A stretch of 64,000 bases of DNA from Hemiscyllium ocellatum. Lineage: Eukaryota. Below, in pieces: positions 36,941 through 50,900 of the stretch. How positions within the stretch are numbered: the first letter of the stretch is position 1; every line of letters begins with the position of its first letter. The translations under genes and the position numbers were made by a program. Location of the stretch: positions 1 to 64,000 of the forward strand of contig NW_026867458.1 in the NCBI RefSeq assembly GCF_020745735.1, read 5' to 3'. The notes beneath the pieces were generated by a model that searched no databases, was not told the origin of the DNA, and saw only the letters and a program-made list of their open reading frames with translations.

Positions 36941-38589
36941 CTTTTGCTCTAAGTTAGTCTTTTCAGAATTATATAGGTCTCATCTAAATTAACCTCCATG
37001 TTTGAAGCCCAGCTGCTTCAATCCCCCCTCATCATGAAAAAAGACAGGGATCATCTTTCTCACTGTTTGGTGGCATTGCATTCTGCCTCTAATGCAGTGA
37101 CTACATTTATAGTCCTTCAGTTCTGTTAAATATTTGTCAAACACAACCACGGCTGTCACAGAAAAGGTTAAAGACAGATCAAAACTACATTTAAACTACC
37201 ATATCAAGCACACTGTCGGCATGTGTTGCATGGAATACACACATGTTGCATATTAAAGCTCTCTCAGTACTCATCCATTAAACACTGCAAGGGTTGTTCA
37301 GAGATGATTTGCTTATGTGTGTGTGTATGTCTGTGCCTGTAAATGATAGTCTACTTGTATAACAAAGTTTCGATGCATAGTGTTGTTCCCTTTTATTCTG
37401 GTATCAAGCATTTCAAAATCAGAAAGACAGTGGGTAGGAGTTCAAATCCCTTTACACGGCTACATCAAATGTTTTCTGTGATTGTACAGCTCATGTAATG
37501 TGCTGGGTAAATCTCCCTCTATATTGTGTTGTCCAATGCAATCATGTCAAATATATTTTGGTTTAGACACAGAGTAGAGCTGCATCCAGGATTCCCTAAA
37601 AACAAATCCTCCCAGAGTCGATACAGAATAAATTGACCTCTATAATATTAAACCTTCCATGAGATGTGCAGCGTAAGGTTAATTGTAGACTAAATATGCA
37701 TTACATTGAACCATTAAACATTCCTCAGACAAGAATAATAGTGCAGAGATACAATGAAAACACTAACACAGTAAAGTCTTGCAGCCTCATTCCTATCAAG
37801 CGTTTCCAGATCACTCAATGCTCAGACAGATTTTTGAGAAAATCTTGCTGTCCTGACTCAAATCTCTCGAAAGAAATGGATGAATTTGGCTGAGAGGCAA
37901 TGTTGGTGAGGTGTTGGCTTCATGTTATTGGGGAAAACATTGTCCGATTGTGGAGAGGCAAAACAAGGCATCAGAGATAAAGAAAAAAGGGGGAAGGCAG
38001 GAGGGGAAGAGAGAAAAAGAGACACAGAAATATTAGCTGTGCCAATGTATCTCTTAATTATAGTTTTTTGACTAAACATGACAATTGATACCTCTGTCAT
38101 TCAACAATCATACAACTTATGTATTAAAAAGTCCGAACATCAATTAGTATTGGAATCCATTGAGTTATTTGCATTTTTTCCACAATTCGTGTGCTGTGCT
38201 TGTAGGGAAATATAAATGAGGGTTTTGTGGTTCTGTAATCTATTCTGAGAATTCTATTTCTGTGTTTATTTACATAAATGCTTAATTGGCTTCAAGGAAG
38301 TGATGTTGGCAGCAAAGCCAGGTGAATGAAGTGATTTGTTGGTAAGTTTCAAATCGAAACAAGTTTATTTTAAGAATGTTGACCATTTGCAGAAGTGAAT
38401 AAAAATTTATGAAGCCGAATTGCAACAGATTTTATTTATTTCTGAAAGATAAATAATTTAAAACTTTTATTTAGGTTAACAATTCAGTGCTGAAAATTCT
38501 GCAAATTTAGAATATTCACGTGAAATACAGGAACTGCCGCAACAATTACATTTAATTGATATAGTTGTTACGAGGTTTCGTTACACGTA

Positions 38590-38960
38590 TTACTTAATGG
38601 TAAGGGTCAGCAATGAGTCCCTATCCCCAACTGCCCATTGAATAGCTTGCTAAAGCCACTTCAGAACACAGTCAATTACTTCCCAGTGGGTCTGGAATCT
38701 CATGTCGGCCAGACCATGTAGATGTGACAGATGCCTTGTCATTCGTGAACCAGCTGTTTTTGTATTTTTCCATTGACTCGGGTTACATGGTCATCATTTG
38801 CCTTCCTTTCTGATTCCAGGATTTCTTTAAATTCAAATTTCACTCAAATGCAAAACGATGATATTCCAAACCCTGTCCATTCAACATCAAAGTGGAGTTC
38901 GAGAATACTGGTCCCATGATATCATCACTGTGATCCGAATGTTGGAAATGTACAGAAAGC
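38590..38960 (-). mobile_element. Degraded SINE related to 10075-10390
   Basis: Reverse-complement similarity (tctggaatctcatgtcggccagacc; aaattcaaatttcact). Confidence 0.45.
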
Positions 38961-39264
38961 ACAGAAATGCAATAAATCTGACACTTTACATCATGAACAA
39001 ATATTGGAGTGGAATACTGGCAAGAACTCTCTTGCTGTTCACAGCAACATCACATTGCATCCAATCACCAATCTAAAATCTGTCTGAAGAGCCTGACTCA
39101 CCGTCATTTGCATTTGTTGAATTCTTCACTGAATTATGAAAGCGTTAGTCACATATCCCAAGAAGGTGGTCATCAGCTCCCTTTTTGAGGCCTGCCATCT
39201 TGCTCGGCTAATTATGGTTGATCTTTCTTAAGAAGCTTTATTACAACCAAATGGCTTCTCAGTC

Positions 39265-39483
39265 GAGACTGTAGTGCTGGAAAAGTACAGCAGGTCAGGC
39301 AGCGTCCGAGGAGCAGGAGAATCGACGTTTTGGGCATAAAGCCTTTATTAAGATACCTGATGTAGTTGTTATGCCTGGAACATTGATTCTCCTGCCCCTT
39401 GGATGCTGCCTGACCTGCTGTGCTTTTCCAGCACTACACTCTCAACTCAGATCTCCAGCACCTGCTGTCCTCACTTTCTCCTG
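39265..39483. mobile_element. Penelope-derived foldback mini-element with degenerate TSD
   Basis: Inverted arms; flanks atggcttctcagtc / atgggtttcttagtc. Confidence 0.75.
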
Positions 39484-40128
39484 ATGGGTTTCTTAGTCAG
39501 GTTCGGCACAGGAAAGGAACCATCGCCTTTTTGTTGAACAGGTAGGGAAGGCCAGGTAGGAAGGTCGCACATCCTCCTCTGAAGGACAATACCGAACCAT
39601 GTAACATGCTTCAAAACTTTGGTAGGTCTGTGATTATCATTCATTACTTCAGCAGTTTCATTTCATACTCTTTCATTAATTGAAGCTACTATGGTATAGT
39701 TTGATTCTGGAACTTTACTCCAAACCTTTTGATTGCTTATTACATGCTCATAATGCCTCCTTAACCACTTTCTCAAACTGTCATGTTAGCCTCAATGATT
39801 TTTTTATTGACTCATGGAACACGGTGGTTGCTTTTAGTTGTCGGTAGGTGTCCTTCAGAAGATGGCAGAAAGCTGCCTTTCTGAAATAACATCTTCCAAA
39901 ATGACCTGAGGAAGGGAATTCCAGATTTTGACCCAGTTACAGTGAAAGATCGATGATATATTTCCATGTCAGGATGCTGAGTAGTTTAGAGAGGAGCTTA
40001 CAGTGGTGCTGCTCCCATGTATCTGCTGTTCTTATCCATCGAGATGCAAGTGGGAGTGGGAAGGTACTGTGTAAGGAAGTGGCTAAGTTACTGCAGTGCA
40101 GTATTTTAGATAGTGCATACGGCTGGTA

Positions 40129-40220
40129 TGCCTGAAGAAGGGCTTATGCCCGAAACATCGATTCTCCTGCTCCTTGGATGCTGCCTGACCTGCTGCGCTT
40201 TTCTAGCAACACATTTTTCA
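40129..40220 (+). mobile_element. 92-bp Penelope terminal-repeat insertion with 14-bp TSD
   Basis: gcatacggctggta (40115-40128) / gcatatggcaggta (40221-40234); the insert starts at the hammerhead-like core. Confidence 0.8.
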
Positions 40221-41053
40221 GCATATGGCAGGTACTAAGCATCAGATTTGGAGGCAATGGACGCTTGTGGATGTGCTGCTGATCAAGTGGGATGCTTTGT
40301 CCTGGACAATGCCTAGCTTCTTGAGTGCAGTTGAAGGTGCTCCTGTCCAGTCAAAGGGCGAGCTGTGCTATTACCCTCCTGACTTCTGTCTCTTAGACAG
40401 TCAGTTGGCTTTGCAAGTCAGGAGGGTGAGTTACTCGCTGCAGTATTCCTAGCCTCTGGCCTGCTCTTACAACCATTGTATTTATATGGAGTGTCCAGCT
40501 CAATTTCTAATGAACAATAAAACCCAGGATGTCGATGGTGAGGGATTCCGTGATGGTAACACTATTGAATGTCAAGGGGTTTTGGTTAGATTGTCTCTTA
40601 TTGTCAATGGTCATTGTCTCGCAGGTTTGTGGTGTGAATGCTATTTGCCACTTGTCAGCTCAAGGCTGGAAATTGTCCAGATTTTGTTGCGTTTGAATGT
40701 GGACTGAGCAGTCACAAAAAAATGCTAGATCAATGCAGATTTCACTTCTGACCTTCTGAGGGAGGGAAAGGCATTGCTGAAGCAGCTGAACATGATTGGG
40801 CCAAGGACACTTTCTTTAGGAACTCCAACAGAGATTTGCTTTGGCTGAGACGACTACCCTCTAACAAGCAGAGCCACCTTCCAATGTGTGAGGTCTGACT
40901 GCAGGCAGCAGGGAGGTTGTCACCTGATACCCATTGAATCCAGTTTTGCTAGGACTCCATAATATCACACTCTGTCAAATGTGACCTTAATGTGAAGGGC
41001 TGTCACTCTTCCCTCATTTCTGGAATTCAGTTCTTTGTCCATGTTTAAATCAA

Positions 41054-41284
41054 CTAGGAGAAAGTGAGGACCGCAGATGCTGGAGATCAGAGCTTAAAAA
41101 TGTGTTGCTGGAAAAGCGCAGCAGGTCAGGCAGCATCAAAGGAGCAGGAGAATCGGCGTTTCGGGCATAAGCCCTTCTTCAGGAATCAGGCTTCAGAAGG
41201 GCTTATTTATGTCCAAAACGTCGATTCTCCTGCTCCTTTGATGCTGCCTGACCTGCTGCGCTTTTCCAGCAACACATTTTTAAG
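41054..41284. mobile_element. Penelope-derived foldback mini-element with perfect 15-bp TSD
   Basis: ccatgtttaaatcaa at 41039-41053 and 41285-41299; two inverted terminal-repeat copies with hammerhead-like cores in the centre. Confidence 0.9.
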
Positions 41285-41959
41285 CCATGTTTAAATCAAG
41301 TCTGTAATTCAGTCATGAGCTGAGTAGGCCTTGCGCAACCCACATTTTATGTCACTGAGCAGGTTATTACTGAGCTAGTGCTGCTTGATAGCACTGTTGA
41401 AAGCACCTTCCTACACCTAACTCATGATTGAGCATGGACTGATGGAGCAGTAATTCGCCAGGGTGGTTTGACCTATTTTCTGTGCACAGGACATGCCTGG
41501 CCTATTTTCCACATTGTCCATGCCAGTATTGTAGCTGTACTGGGAGTGCTTGGCTAGCACAAGTCAGCAGTATTATTGCCAGAATTTTGTCAGGCTCCAT
41601 AGCATTTGCAGTAACCAGTGCCCCCCGCCCAACAGTGTCTTGATTTCACATGGAGAGAAGCGAATTCCCTGAAGACAGGTATCTGTAATATTGGTGATCT
41701 ATAGAAGATGCTGAGATGGATCAGACAATTGGCACTTCTGGCTGACGATTGCTGTGAATGCTTCAGCCTTAACTTTTGCGCTGATGTGTTGTGCTCTCCA
41801 AAGCAGAGCAAGGGGATATCTGTGGAGCTTATTCCTTCAATGAGTTGTTTAATTATCAACTTTAGTTCATGACTTGATGTGGCAGCACTGCAGGCTCAGA
41901 CCCCAGTTTCCTAAAGTAATGGTCTAGCCACAATATCTCCAGACTATAACTCCAACCCA

Positions 41960-42420
41960 CACTCCATGATGTGGATATGCACAACAGAAGATCGCTTATC
42001 CTTTGTATTTGTAGATTCCAACAATGCATCGTATATTCACTTAATTTGTTAGTCTTGAAAATGCTTTACTTCACAGACTTTAGGATATAATGTTCTGTTT
42101 TCAATTCTTCTCTCCAACAGGCAAGGTCATCGATGTCACACTGGCTTTCCTCCTCATTAATTGCAAAACCAAACGTTTTTCACCTCATCTTTGAACTTAC
42201 TGATCAAAATTGCTACATTCTTGACTAGATCGTTCATATACGCTGCAAACAGCAAAGGATCTAGCACCAAGTCGTATAGTAAGCCACTGGACACAAGATG
42301 TCTTCACAATGTCTACCTTCGACCATTACCTTCTGCCAACAAATAACCTTCGATGCATTTGCCAAACTGCACCAGATCCCATGAACCCTTAGTATATTGA
42401 AGATGCAAGACCTGGTCAAA
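41960..42420 (-). mobile_element. Highly decayed CR1 RT fragment
   Basis: Minus strand ggttcatgggatctggtgcagtttggcaaatg...gtaatggtcgaagg resembles the CR1 HGI.G...RQRVMVEG region. Confidence 0.5.
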
Positions 42421-43392
42421 AACCTGATTGAAGTCAAGAAGCATCACATCCACTTTTTACACCCGATGGCACATCTCATTGCCTCTGCGGAAAACAGAAT
42501 CAACCACTTCCGATATGATCTCACTTCCACCAAAGCCCTGCTGAATTTTATTGCTTAAATGTTACAATTCCAACTTTTAATGAATGCTGTCTCTTAGATT
42601 TATTTATTACCTTCCCTCAAGCTTTCTACTTTTAAACATAGGTTTATGAGCGAAACTACATATTGTCATTTCGCTCCTTTCACCCGATGATATCTCTTCT
42701 TATCTCTCTGACAGATAATTTACTCGAGCTGAAATAATCTTGTGTCTCTTCTGCTTCATTCTGGAAAATGGGAATGGAATTGAATACAATGTTGAGACCA
42801 ACAGCAAACTGTCCGTTTGTTCTTGACACTGTCAGTGTGTGTTCACCCTCAGAGGTAGGAAGACTGTTTGTGCTGATAATACGGAAAGTAGCGCCTGATG
42901 TATCATTCTCAGCTGGCGCGCAACTTCCTGTTTCTATGTGCCAGCAGCAAGCCACACATCTCACTTCTGATCAGAAAATAAACCCAGGGGATACAATCTG
43001 GCAGAAACACCTGCCAATGTGGCCTAGATCAGGACACAGAGTGTGAAGTGATCACATTGAAGTGACATTTGCAAATCGACCTTTCGATCTCTATTTCACG
43101 GTCTGATTCCAGGACGTCGTTGGACGAGTCTCTCGACGATCTAACAAGCTCATTCGATTCACTAACGTCTGGAACACATTGACATGCACCTTTCCATGTC
43201 TTTGATCTTGTACTATTTGTTACTCTCTCTTCAGATTTAATGTTCCCAGCTTTTGATTCTGTCTTCTGTATCCATCACCTTCCCACCCAAATACATTCTG
43301 TTTGATCTATTTCCTAAATTTTGATCAACTAAACAAATAATACAGTTTAGTACAGACAGGTATGTTGGTGTGTCCGATTAACAGAATCAGTA

Positions 43393-46300
43393 TATGGAGA
43401 GATCATATTGGCTGTATCTAAATCTGACCAACATTGAATTCAAATAAACCACCGCACTGTGTGGTTTCAAACCTTGCAAATCTTCTCTCTTTGATAGAGC
43501 TTGTTCTAACAGTTAATTCTTGTCTTGATTATTTCAGAAACTATAACTAAAAATCCCTATTTTTAACCAAGTTTCAAATATTATTACAAGTTGCAGCACT
43601 GGCATTTCCTACAGTGAGCGTTGTGGTGTTTAAATGTTCTGGTCAAAATTTGCTTCAAGCAGAAGACTGAACCATTGGTTTCTCTGAGTTCCCAGCCACT
43701 GCCCTTGCAGTTCCATAATAACTGCAAGCTATTGATAAGCCCCAGAATGAACAGAATGTCCAGGCCCTGTACACATCCAAACGCCATGATGGAGGCCTCG
43801 AAGCCCTCCGTTTCTTCCTGTCATGCCAACCCAAGCAGTACATGCTCAACCTCAACTACATTTCCTTTCAATCCTCCCACTTCCTCCAAACCAAAGGGTA
43901 GCCATGGACCCCAGCTATGCCTGCCTCTTCGTCAGATATGTGGAACAGTCAATCTTCCACAGCTACACCGGTATCATTGCCCACCTTTACCACCGCTACA
44001 TTGATGACTGTATCAATGCCACCTCATGCAACCACTAGGAGGTTGAACAGTTCATTAACTTTACGAAAACCTTCCACCCTGACCTAAACTTTACAGGGAC
44101 CATCTCGGACACCTCCCTCCCTTTCCTAGACCTCTCCATCTCTATCTCCAGTGACCAACTAAACATTTACTACAAGCCCACTGACTCCCACAGCTACCTG
44201 GACTACACCTCCTCCCACCTGACCTCAGGTAAAAATGCCATCCTTTATTCTCAATTCCTCTGCCTCCACCGCATCTGCTCCCAGGAGGTCCAGTTCCACC
44301 ATAAAACATCCCAGATCCTTTATCAAAGAATGCAATTTCCCCTCCCACGTGGTCGATGATGCCTTGAACCCCATCCCTCCAATCGCAACAGGGAGCCCTC
44401 CTGGTCCTCATCTTCCACCGCACCAACCTTGCATACATCATATCATCCTCTGCTGCTTCCACCACTGTAAACAGACCCCATCACTCGGGGTATATTTCCC
44501 TCCCTACACCTATCTGCATTCCGGAGACACCATTCCCTCCACGACTCCCTCGTCAGGTCCATGCCCCCCACCAGCCCACTCCCCACCCCTGTCACCTTCC
44601 CCTGTCACCACAGGAAGTGCAAAACCTGCGCCCACACCTCCCCCCTCACCTCCGACAAGGCCCCAAATGATCCTTCCACATCCCACAGAAACTTATCTAT
44701 ACTTCCACAAATGTCATCCACTGTGTCTGTTCCACCCGATGTGGTCTCCTCTGCATCAGGGAGACAGGACACTAACTTGCAGATCATTTAAGAGAACATC
44801 TCTGGGACACCCGTGCCAACCAACCCCACGGCCCTGTGGCTGAACACTTTAACTCCCCCTCCCACTCCACCAAGAACAGCCAGTCATATTCCTGTTCAAT
44901 TCCAATGAATAAATACAAAATAACGAGTCTGAATTTGGGATGATATTGATAGGATTTATTTCAATCTAAGCATGAACAGATTATTTTGACTTAACAGGTG
45001 GAGAGATTCACTTCCTGAAAAAGCAGCTCAAGTGATATAAGCTGGCACCAAACCGAGTTGGTCAATACTGAGGCAAAAGTACAGCATCCAGTCTTGAGTG
45101 AAATAAATAAAGAAACTATCTTAACCCCGGAACAAGATAGAGTGTATTAAATATGAACAAAGACTCGAGTATTTTAGGATATAATAGAAAAGTAATTTAT
45201 AGTATATTGAAATGCAAACAGAGATGTGAAGCCTCTACATTCTTCCTAGCTAAATTAATCATTTCAGAAATTTGTTAATTTTCATGTGTCACTCGTCGGT
45301 CCATTCCACGAACCTTGCGAGGTCCTTGTTAAATTCTGAACCATCAGGCGATGGTTCTCAGTGGTTGCGAGTTTCATGTTACAGCAAATTGTGATGTTGT
45401 CCACTGTATGCCAATGTCTTAGTTAAAAATTTGAAGCAATCACAACTCCAAACATTTACACAATATCACTATGGATCTTCCTTGAGTCCAAAAAAAATCC
45501 CTTTGATCAATGATTTCTAAAATTTGTTCCCATATCTTTTTTTGAAGGACGTTTTCAAATAACTTGAAGTGCAAATGGTTCACATCAGTCGGAATACAGT
45601 AACATTTCATGTGTTACCCCACACAAAAAAAATCAAGCAATTTTGTTATCACGAGTTGTTCTAAGCAAGTCTAGGATGGACTGTTTTATCAAACAAAATC
45701 ATTTCCAATGTTGTGAGGGCTCGTCTATCTTCTGTGCAATGGTCTGAATTTTGTATCTGAATGCAGATGTAACTGGCTGCTCTGGGTAAAAGTACAGTTT
45801 GTGCCTTTCACATTGTTAATGTGTATTGCTGACTTTAGTTGAATAAAGTGATGTTGTCCCAGGCATCGTCTGGCACCATTAATTAGACCATTAATTTCCA
45901 CATTGCTAGCCGGAGAGTCAGGTGGAGTTTATTAATATCATTGAACCGAAGGCTTGGAATATTTCCGGTATGAATCATGTGAATTAGAGCCTCTGAACGA
46001 GACAAAGTAGGAAAGATGAATTGAGGAAAGATGAAGTTTTCACGACAGAGAGAGATCACTTCGCCCATTACACCTGTATCATGTGAAAACAGAACCTTCC
46101 AGCCAACACCCACTTTATAGCATGTTGTCCATAACCCTGCAGGTGATAGCACTTGAAGTAAACATTCGGGAACATTGTGTAGGGTCTAATCCATTATCAA
46201 CATAGATATGATCTCCAATGCTGTAAATCCTGGCTTATGGGGAAAAAAGTAGGGGCAGAACACCCATTTCTAAACGTTGTTTCTCAGGACGTTTTGACAA

Positions 46301-48293
46301 TTCTTGACTTAATATCATTGTAAACTGACATGAAAAAAATGCAGACATGTTCCCCAGAAACGCTGACAGCAACATACCTTTACTCAGTCAAGATCAGCAA
46401 GATGAATTAAGAAAGTTTTTAAAAATCTTTGTTTTAACTGATTATTGACAACACGGATTTCACAAAGTGAAAAGTACAGAAGGGAAGGGGGAGGGCTGGG
46501 TGTGGACGATGTTCACTTGTGAGAAACAAAGCTCACACACTTCAATAATTTTCAGTCCGAGACAAAATCTGAATCAGTGGTGCCCTTTATTTTACTCTTG
46601 CAAGACGGTGTGATGTCCACTGTCCACAAGGCAGGGACACACACACTGAATTCAACTAATACACAATATTTATGTAATTTGGTTTCTATTTTTTTATTTC
46701 ATTGCTCCTCCCTGTTTACATCTTCCACTTCCCTAAGACCGGCGCCCTCCTTGTCTGTGACAAATGCTTATTTCTGGCCTCACAAGGCTGTTTGACCTCA
46801 TCCCGCTGTGGCCCATTGTTAGGCATATCCTTTCTTCACTATTATCTATTCCCTCCATCTGTGCCTTCCCCTACCATACTGATCCTTATGAACCTTTTAA
46901 TTGGGGTTTGTTCCTGTGTTTCAGTAAAAGTGGGAAACAGATGTTTATACCTACTGTTTGTACAGGCGTATCTAGCTTAACTCCCTCCCCTCACAGCATC
47001 TTATCTATTCGTCTGTAATATCTACCATTGTTTTGCAGTCACGTTTCATTGTTGCATACAATTTTAGTGAATACAAAAACAATTATGTATTTCCTCCACA
47101 TCGTTTCCATTCTTGTTGACTCAGCTCTTGGCTGAAACAATTACACACTGGTGTGAGTTCATTTACTTTGTATAAGTAATTATAATTGCAGAAGTAACAC
47201 TACTTTACCTATATCCCACACACTGTTCCCTGATGTCTGGTTGCATTTGTGAGCAACAGGTGAACCTGCGAACCAGATTCAGGATGGTACTGCAGGTATT
47301 TCAGCAGATACTGTGTAAACGGAATTCTCCCATAAATCAGCAATGACATGAACATTTATTTTTTATGGTGTTTGAAACCAAATAAAATTGAACAATATGG
47401 TGGGACAAGTTCCTTTCATTTCTTTGAACTAGTATCAAGGGACACTCTCTGTGGGCCGGGGTGGCAGGAGGATCTTTAACAGCAGAATGTGAGGGAACAA
47501 AGTTACCGTTGGAAATCCAGATAGACTGGAACTTGTTTCACTGGAGGGTGAGAGTTTCGGGGGTGACCTCATATAAGTTTATAAAGCCATGAGTGGAAAG
47601 GTGAATGGCTCTAATTTACATGATTCATCCTGGAAATGTACAAAGCTTTCGTTTCAAAAATATCACATATCAATAAACTCCACCTGATCCTCTGGCGAGT
47701 GATGTGGAAATTAATGGTCTAATTAATGGTGCCAGACGATGCCTGGGGCAACATCCCTTTATTCAACTAAAGTCAGCAATATACATTAACAATGTGAAAG
47801 GCGCAAACTGTACTTTTACCCCAGAGCAGCCAGTTTCATCTGCAGTCAGACACAACTTCAAAATTCAGACCGTTGCACAGAAGATAGACGAGCCCTCACA
47901 ACACTGGAAATGAATTTTGTTGATAAAAGAATTCATCGTAGACTTCCTCAGAGCAACTCATGTCAACAAACTTGTTTTTTTTTGTGTGTGGGGTAACAAC
48001 GAAATGTCACTTTAATACGATTGATGTGAACCACTTGCATTTCAGAGTTATTTGAAAACGTCATCACATTAGATATACGCGAATAAATTTACAAATCATT
48101 GATCAAAGGGGACAATCTTTTTTGGACTCAAGGAAGATCCATAGTGATATTTTGTAAATGTTTGGAGGCTGGGATGTTTTCAATTTTGACCCAGACATTG
48201 TGTATTTCCCTATGGGGGGATTTCAACAATAGGGAACATGTTTTACAATGAGAGGAGAAAAATTTTTAAAACAATATCAGAGGCAGCTTTTTA
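43393..48293 (+). repeat. Left arm of a >=4.9 kb inverted segmental duplication (pairs with 59058-64000)
   Basis: Near-identical ORFs on opposite strands (43584-43787 vs 63606-63809; 45883-46152 vs 61236-61505); spot-checked blocks differ by only a few bases. Confidence 0.97.
43745..44880 (+). mobile_element. Truncated, decayed Penelope-like element (RT 3' part/GIY-YIG) inside the left arm
   Basis: SHFLQTKGVAMDPSYACLFV.YVEQS and YIDDC motifs; homologous to 24400-25550. Confidence 0.85.
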
Positions 48294-48793
48294 NNNNNNN
48301 NNNNNNNNNNNNNNNNNNNNNNNNNNNNNNNNNNNNNNNNNNNNNNNNNNNNNNNNNNNNNNNNNNNNNNNNNNNNNNNNNNNNNNNNNNNNNNNNNNNN
48401 NNNNNNNNNNNNNNNNNNNNNNNNNNNNNNNNNNNNNNNNNNNNNNNNNNNNNNNNNNNNNNNNNNNNNNNNNNNNNNNNNNNNNNNNNNNNNNNNNNNN
48501 NNNNNNNNNNNNNNNNNNNNNNNNNNNNNNNNNNNNNNNNNNNNNNNNNNNNNNNNNNNNNNNNNNNNNNNNNNNNNNNNNNNNNNNNNNNNNNNNNNNN
48601 NNNNNNNNNNNNNNNNNNNNNNNNNNNNNNNNNNNNNNNNNNNNNNNNNNNNNNNNNNNNNNNNNNNNNNNNNNNNNNNNNNNNNNNNNNNNNNNNNNNN
48701 NNNNNNNNNNNNNNNNNNNNNNNNNNNNNNNNNNNNNNNNNNNNNNNNNNNNNNNNNNNNNNNNNNNNNNNNNNNNNNNNNNNNNNNNNNNNN
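48294..48793. other. Assembly gap, exactly 500 N
   Basis: N run; the round length suggests a placeholder of unknown true size. Confidence 0.99.
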
Positions 48794-48946
48794 GTTGTGT
48801 GATTTTTAAACTTTGTACACCCCAGTCCAACACCAGCATCTCCAAATCATGGTTTCCTTTTGAATGATTTGACTGTGTTTTCACTGAATGAACAGAGCTA
48901 TTTCTTAATCATTTAATAGGAATGAAGCTTCCCTCATTTTTAGCAA

Positions 48947-49146
48947 CTGCTGAAAATGTATTGCTGGAAAAGCGCAGCAGGTCAGGCAGCATCCAAGGAG
49001 CAGGCAGCATCCAAGGAGCCCTTCCTGAAGAAGGCTCATGCCCGAAACGTCGATTCTCCTGCTCCTTGGATGCTGCCTGACCTGCTGTGCTTTTCCAGCA
49101 ACACATTTTCAGCTCTGATCTCCAGCATCTGCACTCCTCACTTTCT
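48947..49146. mobile_element. Penelope-derived foldback mini-element with 15-bp TSD (1 mismatch)
   Basis: cctcatttttagcaa (48932-48946) / cctcattattagcaa (49147-49161). Confidence 0.85.
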
Positions 49147-50149
49147 CCTCATTATTAGCAAGGCAATCACACATTATATTTCTTGATTCCAGGGAAGTAT
49201 AGTGTTAAATTAATGAAATATGATGATTGGGATGTTTATATTGGAAATTGTCAGATATTAAAGTTTACTTTCATGAGCAATTAATTCCAGCCTCATTGTG
49301 TCACAGTACTCACAGGAATGTCTTTCAGAAATGGTGTCTCCCTTTGTTATGGGCAGTCGAATCAGTAAATCTGGGATAGTTTTTGCTTGTTAAACAAAGG
49401 TGTTAAAGAGTTTAGCCAAAGGGAGACCTGTGGATTGAGCTCACAGATGCACCATGATCTAAGTAAGTGGGGGAACAACTAGAGGGGCTGAGTGCCCTCC
49501 TCTTGTTCCTACCTTCCTATCATTGTGTCATTCATTAAGCTAGCACTGGCCGTGAATACTTTTTATTAAAATAGTTTGATAAATTAATTGTTTCACACAT
49601 GCTTTAAAAAAAACTTCTGTTGATTATTTGGAACGGGATCACTGACATTCTCTATTTGAGTGATCAAAATAACTTCCACCCAATTACAGCAGCCACTGCA
49701 CTCTGCAGTGTGTTGTTACTTCATAATAGTTTCTTGTGAAACTACAGCTCGAGATCAGGGCACTCAAATTCAATAATATCTCTGAACATTTGCAATTTGT
49801 TCAAATGCATCTTTTCTCTGAAGAACGTGTTTAATCGAACAGAACGTTTTTCAATGAAACAACAAACTTTAAATGCTAGAAAACCAAAATAAAGACAGAA
49901 ACATCTGAAGAAACTCAGCAGGTCTAGCAGCTCCTGTGGAGAGAAGGCAAGATTAACCTTTCCCATCCAGAGACCCCCTCTTCACCAAATTGTTTTCATG
50001 TTTTTGGCACAAGAGCTCACACCCGTTGAGATAAACAGTGATTCCGTTGGCTTGACTCCTGTTGGAAAAAGGATTCTTAGCAGAGGTACTGGATGGTCTG
50101 AGATAGCAATGGAAGACCAACTGAAAAGCTATCACCATCTGCTGCAAGT

Positions 50150-50900
50150 GTTGGATTCAACGGAAACCCCCACAGTACTGAACAATCAAATTCAGCTACA
50201 GCACTGGTTTAATATAAAGTAAAACAGCCTAAGCAAAATCTCATCAAATATACTTTGAAAATGTTTCATTCGGGATTATTTATAAATGATATTGTTAGAA
50301 CAGCAAGTCAAAAGCTGGGATTTCTTTGAGCACTTACTCCATTAACCCCATCTAGCGATGCCCAAAAGCTTGTGAACAAATATTGATCTGGAAAAAGCTG
50401 CTAACCACCAAAATTCTGTTTAATGTCTAAGAGACACAAGTCAGGACAGCGATTGAATAGATTTCACTGGCCTCTGTGAGTGGAATTCCAACAAACACCC
50501 AAACATCTCAATCTGCTTTCTTGTACTGAAGTAACCTGATAAGAGATGGTGTTACATACCTCTCTAACAGGTTGTAAGTGAACACAGGCCACCTGGCACA
50601 GAATCAGGGACCCTACCACAACATCACAACAGACCTGAACACAATGAGCTCGACACTATCACGGAGAACACAGCTCACCTGTTTCGACAGTTTATAAACC
50701 ATGTTAGTTATTAACACCTTCCAACAACCAGGGATTGTTCCAGAATGTTTGTACAATGAAAGTAACATTTCAACATTTATCCAAGAATACTTTGACAGCT
50801 GCTCCAAATTGTTCAAACTCGATGGGAACTACAGAGCAATAAAACTAGGAATTGCATTGCCATCAATTCACTGTCACGAGATTCCAACCTCGAACTCCCT
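50150..50900 (+). mobile_element. Highly decayed L2/CR1-group LINE RT C-terminal fragment in the J-C intron
   Basis: NDIVRTASQKLGFL, TQVRTAIE and LDTI....AHL motifs match the LINE at 39500-41900. Confidence 0.6.

Larger units (their letters stand above)
39500..41900 (-). mobile_element. Decayed L2/CR1-group LINE RT region, interrupted by two Penelope mini-insertions
   Basis: Minus strand GVPKESVLGPIMFSCF (~40790-40830) and LKKLGIVQDKASHLI (~40270-40330). Confidence 0.75.

Noticed and set aside
42680-43046. ORF with FSSSKLSV resembling an Ig C-domain strand, as a possible Cmu remnant
   Set aside because: Lacks correctly spaced Cys/Trp and clear exon boundaries.
48238-48884. ORFs of 184-209 aa spanning the gap
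   Set aside because: Artefacts of translating Ns.
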